Source: Phoronis australis (lineage: Eukaryota > Animalia > Phoronida). Taken from it: DNA of 64,000 nucleotides. The notes beneath the pieces are model-generated. The model had not been told where the DNA came from. It ran no database searches and saw only the letters and a program-made list of their open reading frames with translations. A program made the position numbers and the translations under genes. The DNA lies in assembly GCA_002633005.1 (NCBI GenBank), contig NMRA01000014.1, forward strand, positions 295,753-359,752. Direction: 5' to 3'. Numbering within the stretch: position 1 is the first letter of the stretch; each line of letters begins with the position of its first letter. This document shows, in pieces, positions 1 through 12,517 of the stretch.

Positions 1-2027
1 GAAAAAATATGTACAGGCAGCAGATCGACCCCATACTTACGAAAAGTTCTAATTAAGTGTCAGAGAGTATGTTTCAATGGTTTTTATGCAGATTCACGAT
101 GTTTTTAAAACGTCTACAAACGGATCATATGACTTTAAAGTTGTCAAGTACATTCAAAAGAGTTACAAGCGCAACTACATTTGACCCGTTCATCATGGAC
201 TGCTTCAAACCTTGTGCTTTTGTCAAAGACGATGTATCCCAGAACCCATTTCCATCTCTTTCAATTTTCGGAATAAACGTCCCAATGTCAGAACACTTGA
301 AACCCGAAGTGTAATACCAAATAAACGCCCATGGGCATGGGCGCTTCATCGGGTGGACCTCTCCGCGGAAATAGAAAACGGTCAGTGCTGAGGTTGGAAC
401 CAGGGCTCTATAGGAGGCTTATTGAACACCGCGTGAGTCCCGCAAGACGTTGCTGAGAAAATACAACCTACCCGCAATATCTGGTACTGAATACTGTACG
501 CGAATGAGGTCACCTTGTCCATGTGAGTACCTGCCTCCCGGATTCATTCCTTGGATAGGCTTAACTTGCTAGGGTGTATCTTGAAACGGACTCGCGACTA
601 GACCTTAGCGCACGCCAGAAAAGCAATTCTTCGTAAAACGAGTCGATCGTTTATTAAAATAAGCACGACATGTACACTGTATGATTATTGCGCAAGCCAA
701 CTTTATTATACACCAGCCAAATTCAAGTTACAAACGTTTGGAGTGTAATAGCTTGACAAGGCATGACAGATGAAGTAAAACGTTACACTTCGATTCGCCT
801 TTATACCAGGGTTGCAGTACCACTGTGTTTTCCCTAATAAAATCAATTAATATCTTAGAGTAAAGACGCTAGATACCTAAACATCAGCTATAGATCTGCT
901 TTTTCCGAAGTGGATCTATCTAACCATCTTAAGTGCTTGGCTACTTCAGAAGTATCGACGGAAGCGTGCGCAGGAAAACTCGAAATGCGTTGCTTTTCGT
1001 GATTACGGCCAAACAAAGTGCAAACAAATATTTTCAAGGTGGACTCCTCCTCAAAGTGGTTTAGTTGAAGTTTTGGTACTTCCCAAGGGGCGGGTAGTTT
1101 AAAACCCCTGAATCCCCCCCGTAGATTCAGCAATACCAACCTAGAAGTTCAATATCTTCTTTTTTCGCAACATTAGTTTCTCATGTTTTGATTGATGACT
1201 TTCTTTCTTCAAATTTTTATCGACTGCAATAATTGCATTCGACCTTCCCATGCTAGCGAATTTCTACTGCTGTGTTTTGGACTGTTACTCAGACGACAGA
1301 AAGTTGAATAAACGTGAGTAGTAACCGTGAATATTTCCTAGAATCAGCCCGAAGTTTCAAGAACAAAACTCAAATAACAACGTGTTTTCCAATCTCCAGT
1401 AAATAAAACACTTATGTTTCCGGACTGCCCTATTATGGCATACCTTTGATCAAGCCTTAAGTATACGCTTTATTTTGTTATTCTGTTTGTGTGGGATTCT
1501 TGTAGCTTTAAAGAAGTAGTCGACAAGCTTATTTGAGTTAGTTGTATTGGCAATAGTTTTGGCGTTTTCGAAATTAACTGTGCTACTGGTTTTGACATAT
1601 TTGTCATAAGTCTTTCTCTTTAATAGTTTATTTATGCAAATCTGTTGTATTAGTTGTCGCAGATTTTGTGTTAAAGAGGCATGGAACGCTAACACACGTA
1701 AGGAACTTTTAAACAAGTAGTGGCGAATATACTTCTTGGGGATGCTAACGTGAGATCTATTTACTTTGAATATTGCAATGATTTTCAGAAAAATCGCCAG
1801 ATTAACTATTTTTGAAACGCAGACCAAATATAAACTATTTCATCCCGATACAGTTTTCCAATTGACTTATCGCCAGGCTTATGAATGACGGCTTAACTAA
1901 TCAATCAGAACGTAGCGTTCTCGAAACACCTTCGTCTGCGTTTCCAAGCCCCCATTATACCCGACAAACAATGTCGTTGTCGGTAAAGCTTATTCTAGTC
2001 AAAAGCTCAAAAAATTGTGCGATGAAA

Positions 2028-2250
2028 ATGATGAAACAGTGTTGTTATGGCGTGTGAAGTTCTGACTGCCGTTATAGAGCTAAAGAAAAATATCCCGTCA
2101 TTTTTTGGGCATTCCCTAAGCCAAAAACTGCTGTCGACTGTGTAAACGATGGATCAAACTGTTTGAACCGCCACACGACACACGAGCAACTAAATTTAAC
2201 AATGCCGCTGGATTAATCGAAGGTTAAACATAAATATGTTTCTTCCAAGA
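2028..2250 (+). pseudogene. THAP zinc-finger relic of a DNA-transposon protein
   Basis: Manual translation with a stop and frameshifts: MMKQCCYGV*SSDCRY...IFWAFPKPKT..C/KRWIKL..PH/EQLNL...KHKYVSSK, matching the THAP pattern C-x4-C...FP...W...C-x2-H (last ligands decayed). Confidence 0.6.
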
Positions 2251-4229
2251 CACGTACTTTTCAGTTTCGTGGCTATACTGAAGGTCTATCAGATTTTGAA
2301 TCCAGTGTTTCACTCGTGTGGGGATTTCTGTCGCGGCATCTGCTGGATCCCAGCACTAGTCTAGAGGTAGTCCACGGGAAGTTGTTTTTAAGGACATGTT
2401 GGTTATTTTTCATTTATTTCGACCCATAATGGATATTGTTCTGTTTCGTAGCTCAGGTACATCTTTGTTAATCAACTGAATTTCTCATCAAAATCTCTAG
2501 ATTCGATCGGAACATGCTGGGAGGGCACTAAATTACTGAACTCAAGGCTTTGTTTGAGCTTTTGTCACGAGAAAATAAACAGTTGAATTACTTTTTGATG
2601 AGAACTTCTAGTATACACTACGCCGGTAGAGTTGAGGAGATCTCATTTTGTAGTTGTTTAAACACGATACGTGGATTTATGAAGCTTTAAAAAACAATTT
2701 TAATTATTTTTGTAAGTGGACACTTTTTGCCACTACACCAGACTCGTTATCTTTTGTTGCCGTACCACAGCTTAGTGATCATGTTGCGATTAAAATTAAA
2801 TGCAAACTACTTTTATGCAATGAAACTACAAAAAATATAAGGACTAACTTAAACGTCTTCATGGTGCACTGAATTACGGCCAATTCCATGCCTTAATTTG
2901 ACTTTTGAACAAAGCCTTAGACATACCGGAACTAACTGCTTGCTTAGGATAAGATGGGTATGTGCCTAAGCTACCAACCTGATTTTTTTAACCAACATAT
3001 TTCTCTCGAAAATCAGAAAAGTATCAACCGTGCTATCGACAAGACCTACTTTACTTGAAGAATACAGTCACTTGTGACCTACTTTTCATTTTAGCAGACG
3101 GCAGAATAAAAATATTTTCGAATCTTCACTGATTTTGTTCGAAATACCCTAAAAGCTATGGCATCGTACAGATAATTCGACTTAAACGTAAATACCCAGC
3201 TTTACATGAACATATCAGATTAGTGGCCTTGTCAGTTTTCAAGTGAAGGTTAACCCGGTGTGGTGCTTATCGGATTTTCGCTGGTTCCGAATTACTTTTC
3301 CTCGAACTCTTTTTTTCGTCGTCACAGCTTTACAAATTCCCAAGTCATGAACGTGCGATTCTCAGCTGAAAAGAACCGCCTGTTGTCTTTGTCAAAGCAT
3401 TCTCGGCCGTGCAATAAACTCCCATCAATTCCACCTGGAACGTCGTTTAGCGATTGCCTATTTACCTCTGGCATCTTGCTCGTTTGTCGGGTGTCACGTG
3501 ACTTTCCGCAAGGAGGCGGAGCTTGCGATAGGTCAATTCCCCGCCCTTATAATATATATGCGCGCATGCGCTCAAAGAATTGCGGAGAAAACATTTCCCA
3601 AGCGTTTAATCGCCATTGTTTCGTTCATATCAAAACACAAATGTCACGTTTTCTATGTAAGGGAAGTGTGCTACATCTATATCTGGCCATGCCAAATAAG
3701 GAGACGTGCTTTGTCTTTTGGGGAAAGAAGATGAAGTGACAGGGAGATAACAGATTGTTCCATTGAAACTTGAACTTAAAAAGAAAAATGCTTTGTCATC
3801 AAGAGAAATTCAAAATCCTTACAACAAAAAATAAAATACTTGGTGAACAGTTTGACATTTTTTTCAGTGGCAGGAACTTCTGTGAATAATGCAAGTCTCT
3901 TTTTTGCGTCCTATGCCAATTTAAAATTCAATTTCCATGTTTTTGTACATGAGCTGCAGAGCAGCCCCGGCAACTATTTTGAAGTTATTAAAATTATTCT
4001 ACTACTGCTTATGACATATCTTTCATGAAGCAAAAATAAACCATTAAAATTCTTCAAATTCCGTCGGTATGTGGTGTGGGCAACTCACTGATGCAATGCC
4101 AAAATACCTGGTTACCATTGCAACGAAGATACAGTAGTTGAGCTTGACAAAACAACAACAAGTTTAACATTTTATCATTCAAATAACTTGATCATGGTTG
4201 GCTTCTTCTAACATAACTGCCATCAAGAC

Positions 4230-7200
4230 TAAGCGCAGAGTACTGTCGTTCCTGGGTTTTCTTCAATTTTATTATTCTTCTTCTTATTACTCTGCGCGTG
4301 TAAGCGCAGAGTACTGTTGTTCCTGGGTTTTCTTCAATTTTATTCTTCTTCTTATTCTTCTTCCGACCAACTTTGAGGCTTAATAACTCCAAATCGGGAG
4401 CAGGTACGGTCTTTAAATTCAGCATATGACTTTTGACAGTATATAAATTTTGATTGGTTATATAATCATATTCCATATTGCACCGGAAGAGGTCGTTTGG
4501 TGCAAAGGTCACATAATTTTCAAAATGATACTCCTCCTTCAGTTTTAAAGCTAGTTTTTTAAAATTTGGTGCACAGGTATAAGTCAACATGGATCATCCA
4601 ACCAGGTGAAAAAGGTCAAAGGTCATTAAGTGCAAACTAAAATTTTGAGCTAGACACTTCAAATTGACAGATCTGATTGCCTAAGGTAAACCAAATCGAA
4701 ATCCAAAGTTTCAGGTCATTTAGTGCAAAGGTCATGTAACGTTCAAAATGTTATATCTCTTATGTTTTTCACGGAATTCTTTTCAATTTCAGCACACTGG
4801 TGTAAGTCAACATGACAATTTAAAGAAATACTTTTATAAGTAATCGGGTCATCCAATCAGGTGAAAAAGGTCAAAGGTCATTAGGTGCAAACTAAAATTT
4901 TGAGCTAAACACTTCAAATTGACAGGTCTTATTGCCTAAGGTAAATCAAATCGAAATCCAAAGTTTCATTTCATCTAGTGCAGAAATGGGGACATTAGGT
5001 GCATTTTTCTTATGAAAATTTAACCTTTTCAATCAACAAGTGTTCTGATGTGTCAACCGTTAGACAACTGTGATTCTCTGCGTTAAACACATTTTCCATG
5101 GGCTTTGCAATGATTCTCCTAAAGATGCTTAAAATGCACCGGATAAGGTCAATTAGTGCAAAGGTCATGTAACGTTCAAAATATTATATCTCTTACGTTT
5201 TTCAAGGAATTCTTTTCAATTTCAGCACACTGGTGTAAGTCAACATGCCAATTAAAGACCCTACTTTACTTTGCAATAGGCCTAACCAATCAGAAAAAAT
5301 AGGTCAAAGGTCATTGAGTGCAAACTAAAATTTTGAGCTAGAGACTTCAGAATTACGTATCTGTTTACTAAGTGCGATTGAGTTTGAATTCTAAATTTTC
5401 AGGTCATTTGGTGCGCCCATGAGGTCATTAGGTGCAATTTTTCTTCTGAAAGTTTGACCACTTAATTCATCTTGTATTCTGAAGTGCTTAAAGTAAAACA
5501 TCTGTGATTATTAGCATTAGCCACACTTTTAATCGAGTTAACAATTACTCCCTCATCGGGGCTCATAATGCACCGGAAGAGGTCAATTAGTTGAAAGGTC
5601 ATCAAAACACTAATATGCAATTTCTCCTACAATTTCAAAGAATTCCTTTTCATATTGGTAAACGGGTTGCTGTCAGTAACTTCCCATAATAATTCCAGTA
5701 ATACGCACGCGCAGAGTCCGTTATTGTCACGCCGTGACAATAATCTTCCTAGTTCTTATTCTTATTCTGCAACCGACCAACTTCGAGGCTTAATAAGTCC
5801 AAAGTGGGTGCAGGTATGTTCTTTAAATTCTGCATGGGATTTTTGGCGGTACATAATTTTTTTTCGTTATATAATCATATTCCATATTGCACCGGAATAG
5901 GTTGTTTGGTGCAAAGCTCATAAAATTTTCAAAATGCTACTTCTCCTTTAGTTTTAAAGCTTTCTTTTTCAAATTCGGTGCACAGGTTTAAGTCAACATG
6001 ACAATCTAAAAAATTACTGTTCTAAGTAATCGAATCATCCAATCAGATAAAACAGGTCAAAGGTCATTAGGTGCAAACTAAAATTTTGAGCTAGAGACTT
6101 CAAAATTACATATCTGTTTACTAACTGCGATTGAGTTTGATTTCTAAATTTTCAGGTCATTTAGTGCACCCATGGGGTCATAAGGTGCATTTTTTCCTGA
6201 AAGTTTTACCAATTCATTCATCTTGTGTTCTGAACTGGTTAAAGTAAAACATATGTGATTTTCAGCACTAACCACACTTTTAATCGAGTTAACAAGTACA
6301 TGTATTCCCTCATTGGGGCTCATAATACACCGGAATTTTAAAGAGTAGCTTCTCATATTGGTAAACGGGTTGCTGTCAGTAACTTCCCATAATAATTCCA
6401 ATAATACGCACGTGCGAAGTCCATCATTGTCACGCCGTGACAATAATCTTTCTAGTTCTTCTTATTCTTCTTCCGACCAACTTCGAGGCTTAATAACTCC
6501 AAATTGGGTGCAGGTATGTTCTTTAAATTCAACATATCATTTTTGACAATACATAAATTTTGATTCGTTATGTAATCATATTCCATATTGCACCGCAAGA
6601 GGTCATTTGGTGCAAAGGTCATATAATTTTCAAAAAGTAACTCTTCTTTATTTTAAAAGCTATTCTTTTCAAAGGAACACAGGTATAAGTCAGTAAGGTT
6701 TTTTAAAGAATTACTTTTTCTAAGTAATCGGGTAATGCAAACAGGTTTAACAGATCTAAGGTCATTAGGTGATAACTAAGATTTACAGGTCTGATTGGCA
6801 CAGGTAATTTAATTCGGAATCCAAAGTTTCAGGTCATTTATTGCATTTTTCTTCTGAAAACTTGACCTTTTCATTCACCAAGTGTCAAATGCGATTCTCA
6901 GCCGTAAACACATTTTTCATGAGCTTTGCAATAATTCTCCTTAAGAAGCTTATAATGCACCGGATAGGGTCAATTAGTGCAAAGGTCATCTAACATTCAA
7001 AATGTTATATCTCACGTTTTTCAAGGAATTGTTTTTAATTTCAGCACACTTGGGTAACTCAACATGCCAATTGAACACCCTACTTTACTACGCAATAGGC
7101 CTAACCAATCAGAAAAAATAGGTCAAAGGTCATTGAGTGCAAAATTAAATTTTGAGCTTGACACTTCAAATTCACAAGTCAGATTGGTACGTCTAATTCA

Positions 7201-8450
7201 ATTTGAAATACGAAGTTTCAGCTCATTTAGTACAACCATGAGGTCATTAGGTGCATTTTTCTTCTGAAGATTTGTCCTTTTCATTCACCAAGTACATGTA
7301 GTCTGATGTGTCAATCGTTAGACAACTGTGATTCTCAGCATTACATATACTTTTCACGGACTTTGTAATAGTTCTACTTATAGGGCTTATAATGCACTGG
7401 ATCGGGTCAATAAGTGCAAAGGTCATCTACTTTTGAAAATTTTATTTCTTCTACATTTTTCTTGGAAATGACTTCAATTCCAGCACATTGGTGTAAACCT
7501 ACAGTTGCACATGCCAATGAAATACCCTACTTTACTAAGCAATAGGTTCATCCAATCAGAGAAAATAGGTCAAAGGTCATTTAGTGCTAACTAAAATATT
7601 GAGCTAGACACTTTAAATTCACAAGTCTGATTGGTACGCCTAATTCAATTTGAAATACGAAGTTTCAGATCATTTAGTGCAACCATGGGGTCATTAGATG
7701 CATTTTTCTTCAGAAAATTTGTCATTTTCTTTCACCAAGTATTCTGATGTGTAAACCGTTAGACAAATGTGATTCTCAGCATTAAACACACTCTTCACGG
7801 GCTTTGCATTGATTCTCCTAAAGACGCTTATAATGCACCAGGTAGTTTCAATTAGTGGAAAGGTCGTCTAATGTTTAAAATGTTATATCCCCTACATTTT
7901 TCAAGAAATTCTTTTCAAGTTCAGCACACTGGTTTAAGTCACCATGCCAGTCAAACGTCCTACTTTACTATGCTATACATGTAGGCCTAACCAATCAGAA
8001 AAATAGGTCGAAGGTCACTGAGTGCAAACTAAAACTTTGAGCTAGACTTCAAAATTACTTATCTACTTAGTTAATGTGATTGAGTTTGAATTCTAAAGTT
8101 CCAGGTCATTTGGTGCACCCATGGGGTCATTAAGTACATTTTTCTTCTGAAAGTTTTTCATTCATGTTGTATTCTAAAGTACTTAAAGAAAAACATTGGT
8201 GGTTTTTAGCATTAACCTCACTTTTAATCGAGTTCACAATGATTCTCTCATCGGGGCTCATAATGCACCGGAACAGGTCAATTAGTGGAAAAGTCATCAA
8301 AATGTTAACATGTAATTTATCCTACAATTTTAAAGAATTAATTTTCATAATGGTAAAGGGGTTGCTGTCAGTAACTTCCCATAACAAATGCAGTAATACC
8401 CACGCGCAGAGTCCATTATTGTCACGCCGTTACAATAATCTTTCTAGTTT
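4230..8450 (-). mobile_element. Head-to-tail array of non-autonomous Helentron/HINE-like elements (family A)
   Basis: Hairpin CTCTGCGC-gtgtaa-GCGCAGAG at ~4290 next to a (TTC/TTA)n tract. Units end in ACGCGCAGAG..TTATTGTCACGCCGTGACAATAATCTT.CTAGTT at ~5753, ~6456 and ~8448. The interior is built from recurring AAAGGTCATTAAGTGCAAA / GGTCATTAGGTGCA sub-repeats. Confidence 0.6.
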
Positions 8451-8499
8451 CTTTTGTGCTTACTGGGGGGAGTGTGTTTACTGTTGTGCTGGATACACA

Positions 8500-8755
8500 C
8501 AAGGTACCTAAACTACACGGTCAACGGACTCATAAACACGGGCACGGACGCATGAACACGACTCACGGACCTGCAAACACCGTCCACTGACTCACAAACA
8601 CGGGAACGGACTCACAAAACACGATCCACGCACCCAAATACACGGGACACGGACTCACATTCACGAGGAAACACGGTTTGTGAGTCAGTGGACGGTGTTT
8701 GCAGGTCCGTGAGTCGTGTTTATGAGTCCGTTGACCGTGTAGTTTACGTACCTTG
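8500..8755. mobile_element. MITE with long imperfect terminal inverted repeats and internal CACGGACTCAC sub-repeats
   Basis: CAAGGTACCTAAACTACACGGTCAACGGACTCATAAACACG at the left is the reverse complement of the right end (1 mismatch). Flanked by the direct repeat TACACA (8494-8499, 8756-8761). Confidence 0.75.
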
Positions 8756-8989
8756 TACACAGCACTTGTGAGAGCCAGCAAATGATTGCAAGAACGATTT
8801 AATCATAACAAACTCGTTACCTAATTCTGTGAACTTTCGTCTGGAGATGAAACTATACGAGGTACATTCTTGACTACACTTAAGAACTACTTATGTTAAA
8901 AATCAATGGAAGCACATAGGGACATATCTATAAATTCCAGGCAGCACACTTGACAGAATTTCATTTAAATAATCCGAGAAAGAAGCCGT

Positions 8990-10097
8990 TATTGGGAACA
9001 AATACAACAACAAGGATCATACATATTTTCGGTTGCATTGGGAATTTCAGGATCACAGCTCTACAAATGAACATTTCACAGAAGGAACCAGATGGGTTCC
9101 TTAATTTCAAGAGATAACACACATTTACGATACCCAATGTGTAATTGAGTATCGGATACTAAGTGGCACAGGTTAGTATAGTACCAAATGGGTACATGAT
9201 AACAATTGGGTATTGGCCGATTGCCTACCAAGTGGGTCGAACAAAACGGCAAATTCTATAACAAGTACCAAATAGATACAAACTGCCATATGGGAAAAAA
9301 TCGTATAAAGTACAAAGTGGGTATACCAAACAGCCAACTGGGCTATAACAGCCAGCAAAGCAGGTTCCGGACAAGCTGAGTGAGCAGATCAGCCGGAGTA
9401 ATAAAAAATATATTGTAAGGAACGTGGTGTTGTCATGGCTCAAATTGTGCTGAGAGCTGGGCCTGGGTGGATAGAGGCAAACTGTAGTCATAGACGCTCG
9501 AGTACAGGCCTGGTAGCTAGCCAATGACGTCTTTTCTTGTTTGACGGTAACACGATCCGGGCTTGTAGGAGTTACCAGCAGTGACTGCAATAACAATAAT
9601 AAGCATTAACAGATTTTGTTCGACAAAAGGTAAGGAGGGTGGGAAAGGTATAAATCGGTTAAATTGAGATTTTGTGGAACCCAGGGTAGAAAGGGTGGGA
9701 GAGGTATCAAATTGTCTAATTGGGTAAACTTACGAGTGCGTGTACTGTTGCTTGAGTCTAGGCCAACAGGAAGCTGGACAGAAAGAACAAACAGCGCTGC
9801 CATGGGACAAGGTAGGAACTAACTAGGAATTGGATATGAAGCATGAAGGGCTGCAGAATGTTATTTGCCCAAATAATAGAATTCATGTCAGAGTGCTATA
9901 AATCTCATTATTGGCGACAAAAACAATTAGACTAATACAAGTTTTAGGTTGTATTGGGAATTTCAGGGTCACAAACTACACAGAAGGAACCTTAATTAAA
10001 AGGGATAACACACACATTTACGATACTCAATGTGTAATTGAGTATCGGATACTACATGTACATGTAAGTGGCACAGATTAGCATACTGTACCAAATT
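8990..10097. repeat. Locally duplicated unclassified repeat; second copy interrupted at 10097 and resuming at ~13432-13680
   Basis: ~8990-9190 aligns to ~9910-10097 (GATAACACACATTTACGATAC.CAATGTGTAATTGAGTATCGGATACT), and ~9180-9435 aligns to ~13432-13680. Confidence 0.7.
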
Positions 10098-10602
10098 TGT
10101 TAAACGCACGACACTTTTCATTGTCCACAGTCTTTATTCCGTTACGTTCGTATTTTCGGAACAAAACTCTACTCTCAACTGAACATACAGTAGATACAGT
10201 AACTGACCTAGCGACATAATTACAAGACACACGATATTTCGAAACAGACTAGTTTCATTCTCAAGTGAAGATAAAATGACGCAGTAATGTCACCACAGAG
10301 TATAAGCTGATGACACACACAGCGAGACACGGCGGGTGTGAAATACGGCAAAGAATGACTAATGAAGGGGGGTAACAGGAAAGTCATGCAAACAGGTGTA
10401 ACGTGCGGCGCGACCCTGTTTGCTTCTCATTCAAAACAGGTTTCTCAAAAGCAATTAAAACGGACTCTGATACTTTCAAACGCAGCACATCTTGTTCCAC
10501 GTAGCGAATTGACGTGTTTTCCACAATTTCTTGACGGGTGATTTTACGTTCGTGACATTTTCAGAAAATGATCTTGGATGGCGCCATTTTGAAGATGCAT
10601 GG

Positions 10603-11840
10603 ATTGACTTTTTCTGTGACTTCGTAAGGCCCTTTCCACTGCAGAGTAAGCTTGTTGTGATCTGTGGGAAGTAATACCAACACTCTTTGTCCCACTTGAA
10701 ACTGCTTATCCCTGGCCTTTTTGTCATAGTAATGCTTGTGAATACCCTGTACGTCATACAAGTTTTTTCTAGCCAACTGGCAGGTCTCCTCTAAGTGGTT
10801 CCTGAGCTCGAAGACATACTGGTAAGTATTACGGACGTCGTTGCTGTCTTTCCCTGTCCAGAGTTCGCTCAGTATTTGCATCGGACCTTTCATTGTCCTG
10901 CCGTATAACAACTCAAAGGGTGAAAATCCTGTGCTTGATTGCGGGACTTCTCGGTAAGCAAATAGGACAGCTGGCAGATACCGGTCCCAATTCTTTGGTC
11001 TTTCTTGACACATTTTCTTCAGCATGGCCTTCAGAACACCGGTGATTCTCTCACAGAGCCCGTTACATCGTGGATTGTAAGGGGTCGTGTACAGCTGCTT
11101 TGCACTCACAAGCCTGCTGACCTCCTTCATCAGTTCCGCTGTGAACTACTTTCCACGATCACTCAGGATCTCTCGTGGGAACCTTACTCTACTGAAGACT
11201 TCTAACAATGCTTCAGCCACACGCACTGTCTCAATCTTCGGTAGCGACACTGCTTCTGGATACCTGGTAGCGAAATCTACCACCGTGAGAATGTATCTGT
11301 TTCCCTTGTCGGAAACTGGAGCTATAGGGCCAATCAGGTCGATTGCGATCCTTTTGAAAGGCTCCTCCATCGAAGGCATCTCTCCCAGGGGTACCTTGGT
11401 CACTCGACCTTTCGGGATTGTCTTCTGACAGATGTTGCATGATCTGCAGAATCGGGTCACTTCTGATGCCACTCCTGGAGAATAGAAATTGCTGGTGATA
11501 CGGTCAGTTGTCTTCCTAACACCGAGGTGTCCACCGAGTATAGACTCATGAGCGAGCTTCATCACGGACTTCCGTAAACTACTTGGCACGACAACTTGTT
11601 TCACCTCGTCACCATCTTTCTTTTTGAACATGCGATGAGTATTCCTCGTTGAATCTCCATCACGTATGACCCCTTGCCTTTGGTCTGTCGCTTAACCTTG
11701 GCTTCAGCTTGCTCCCACATCTTTTTCATTGATGAATCTCCATGCTGGGCTTATTTGAACTGCTTTAGTCCCACTTCTTGTATGGTTGGGGACACAGTTA
11801 ACGGTTTAATGTCCGATCTTTGTCGCTCTTCCTGAGCCAT
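10603..11840 (-). pseudogene. Gypsy integrase (H2C2 Zn finger, DDE core, GPY/F module), disrupted
   Basis: ORFs 11146-11631 (LAHESILGGHLG..C-x2-C..PFKRIAIDLIGP..YILTVVDFATRYPEA..ILSDRG) and 10561-11130 (TTPYNPRCNGLCER..WDRYLPAVLFAYREVPQSSTGFSPFELLYGR..WKGPY). Confidence 0.92.
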
Positions 11841-11959
11841 GGTAGTTACTGCTACCGCTTCCCTGCTGGATTCATCAGGATCTGTCTCCACCGACTTGTC
11901 GGCCACCTCTTCTCCCTCTAGAGTTGAGGTCACTGGGTTCTTCTCTTGGGAAGTCGTAC

Positions 11960-12442
11960 CCTTTTACTTTCTCTCCTCAGCCTCACGAGCTTGCCTTCTC
12001 TCCTCAGCCTCAGCCTCAGCACGCGCCTCAGCTTGTTGTTTCTCCACAAACTGTCTGAGGTCGTCTCCCTGCAGACCCATTTCTTGTCCGAGGGCCAAGA
12101 CTGACTCTCTGCGTATCTTTCAAACCTTTCCAGGAAGGTGTCCATATCGTCCTGCTTTTCGTCAAACTTAGGTAGCTTCGGCTTTACACCACCAGTTGAT
12201 CTAACATGGCTACCCTCCGCTGCAACTTGTTCAGCTTTCAGTGCTGCTAGCGCCCTCTCGTGTTCCATTCTTTCTCTCTCCATCTGCTGTTCGGCCTCAC
12301 GAGCTTGCCTTCTCTCCTCAGCCTCAGCCTCAGCACGAGCCTCAGCTTGTTGTTTTTCAACAAACTGTCTGAGATTGTCTCCCTGCAGAACCATTTCTTG
12401 TCCGAGGGCCATCAACTCTCTTAGTTGAGATCTTGTCTCCAT
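11960..12442 (-). pseudogene. Gypsy gag N-terminus with an internal duplication and deletion
   Basis: METRSQLRELMALG..coiled coil..KPKLPKFDEKQDDMDTFLERFERYAESQSW. The segment ~11975-12095 repeats ~12295-12410. Confidence 0.8.
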
Positions 12443-12496
12443 AGTCAGTCGCTAATTCCAACAGTCCACTTTATCACACCTTGTTACCGTCAGTAA

Positions 12497-12515
12497 GCTC
12501 CTGGTGTGCTCGCCA
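12497..12515 (-). other. Primer-binding site (tRNA-Arg-like)
   Basis: Minus strand reads TGGCGAGCACACCAGGAG 2 nt after the LTR end, close to the complement of the tRNA-Arg 3' end (TGGCGAGCCAGCCAGGAG). Confidence 0.7.
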
Positions 12516-12517
12516 AT

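Noticed and set aside
57-620. Short ORFs at the window start that look vaguely coding
   Set aside because: No recognisable motif, stops in all frames, and no convincing splice sites.
4230-8450. CRISPR-like repeat-spacer appearance of the GGTCATTAGGTGCA repeats
   Set aside because: The spacers are themselves homologous, the repeats are degenerate, there are no cas genes, and the context is eukaryotic.
4192-8511. Recurring ORFs such as MVNGLLSVTSHNNS
   Set aside because: They are translations of the family-A repeat end. Frames are not preserved between copies.
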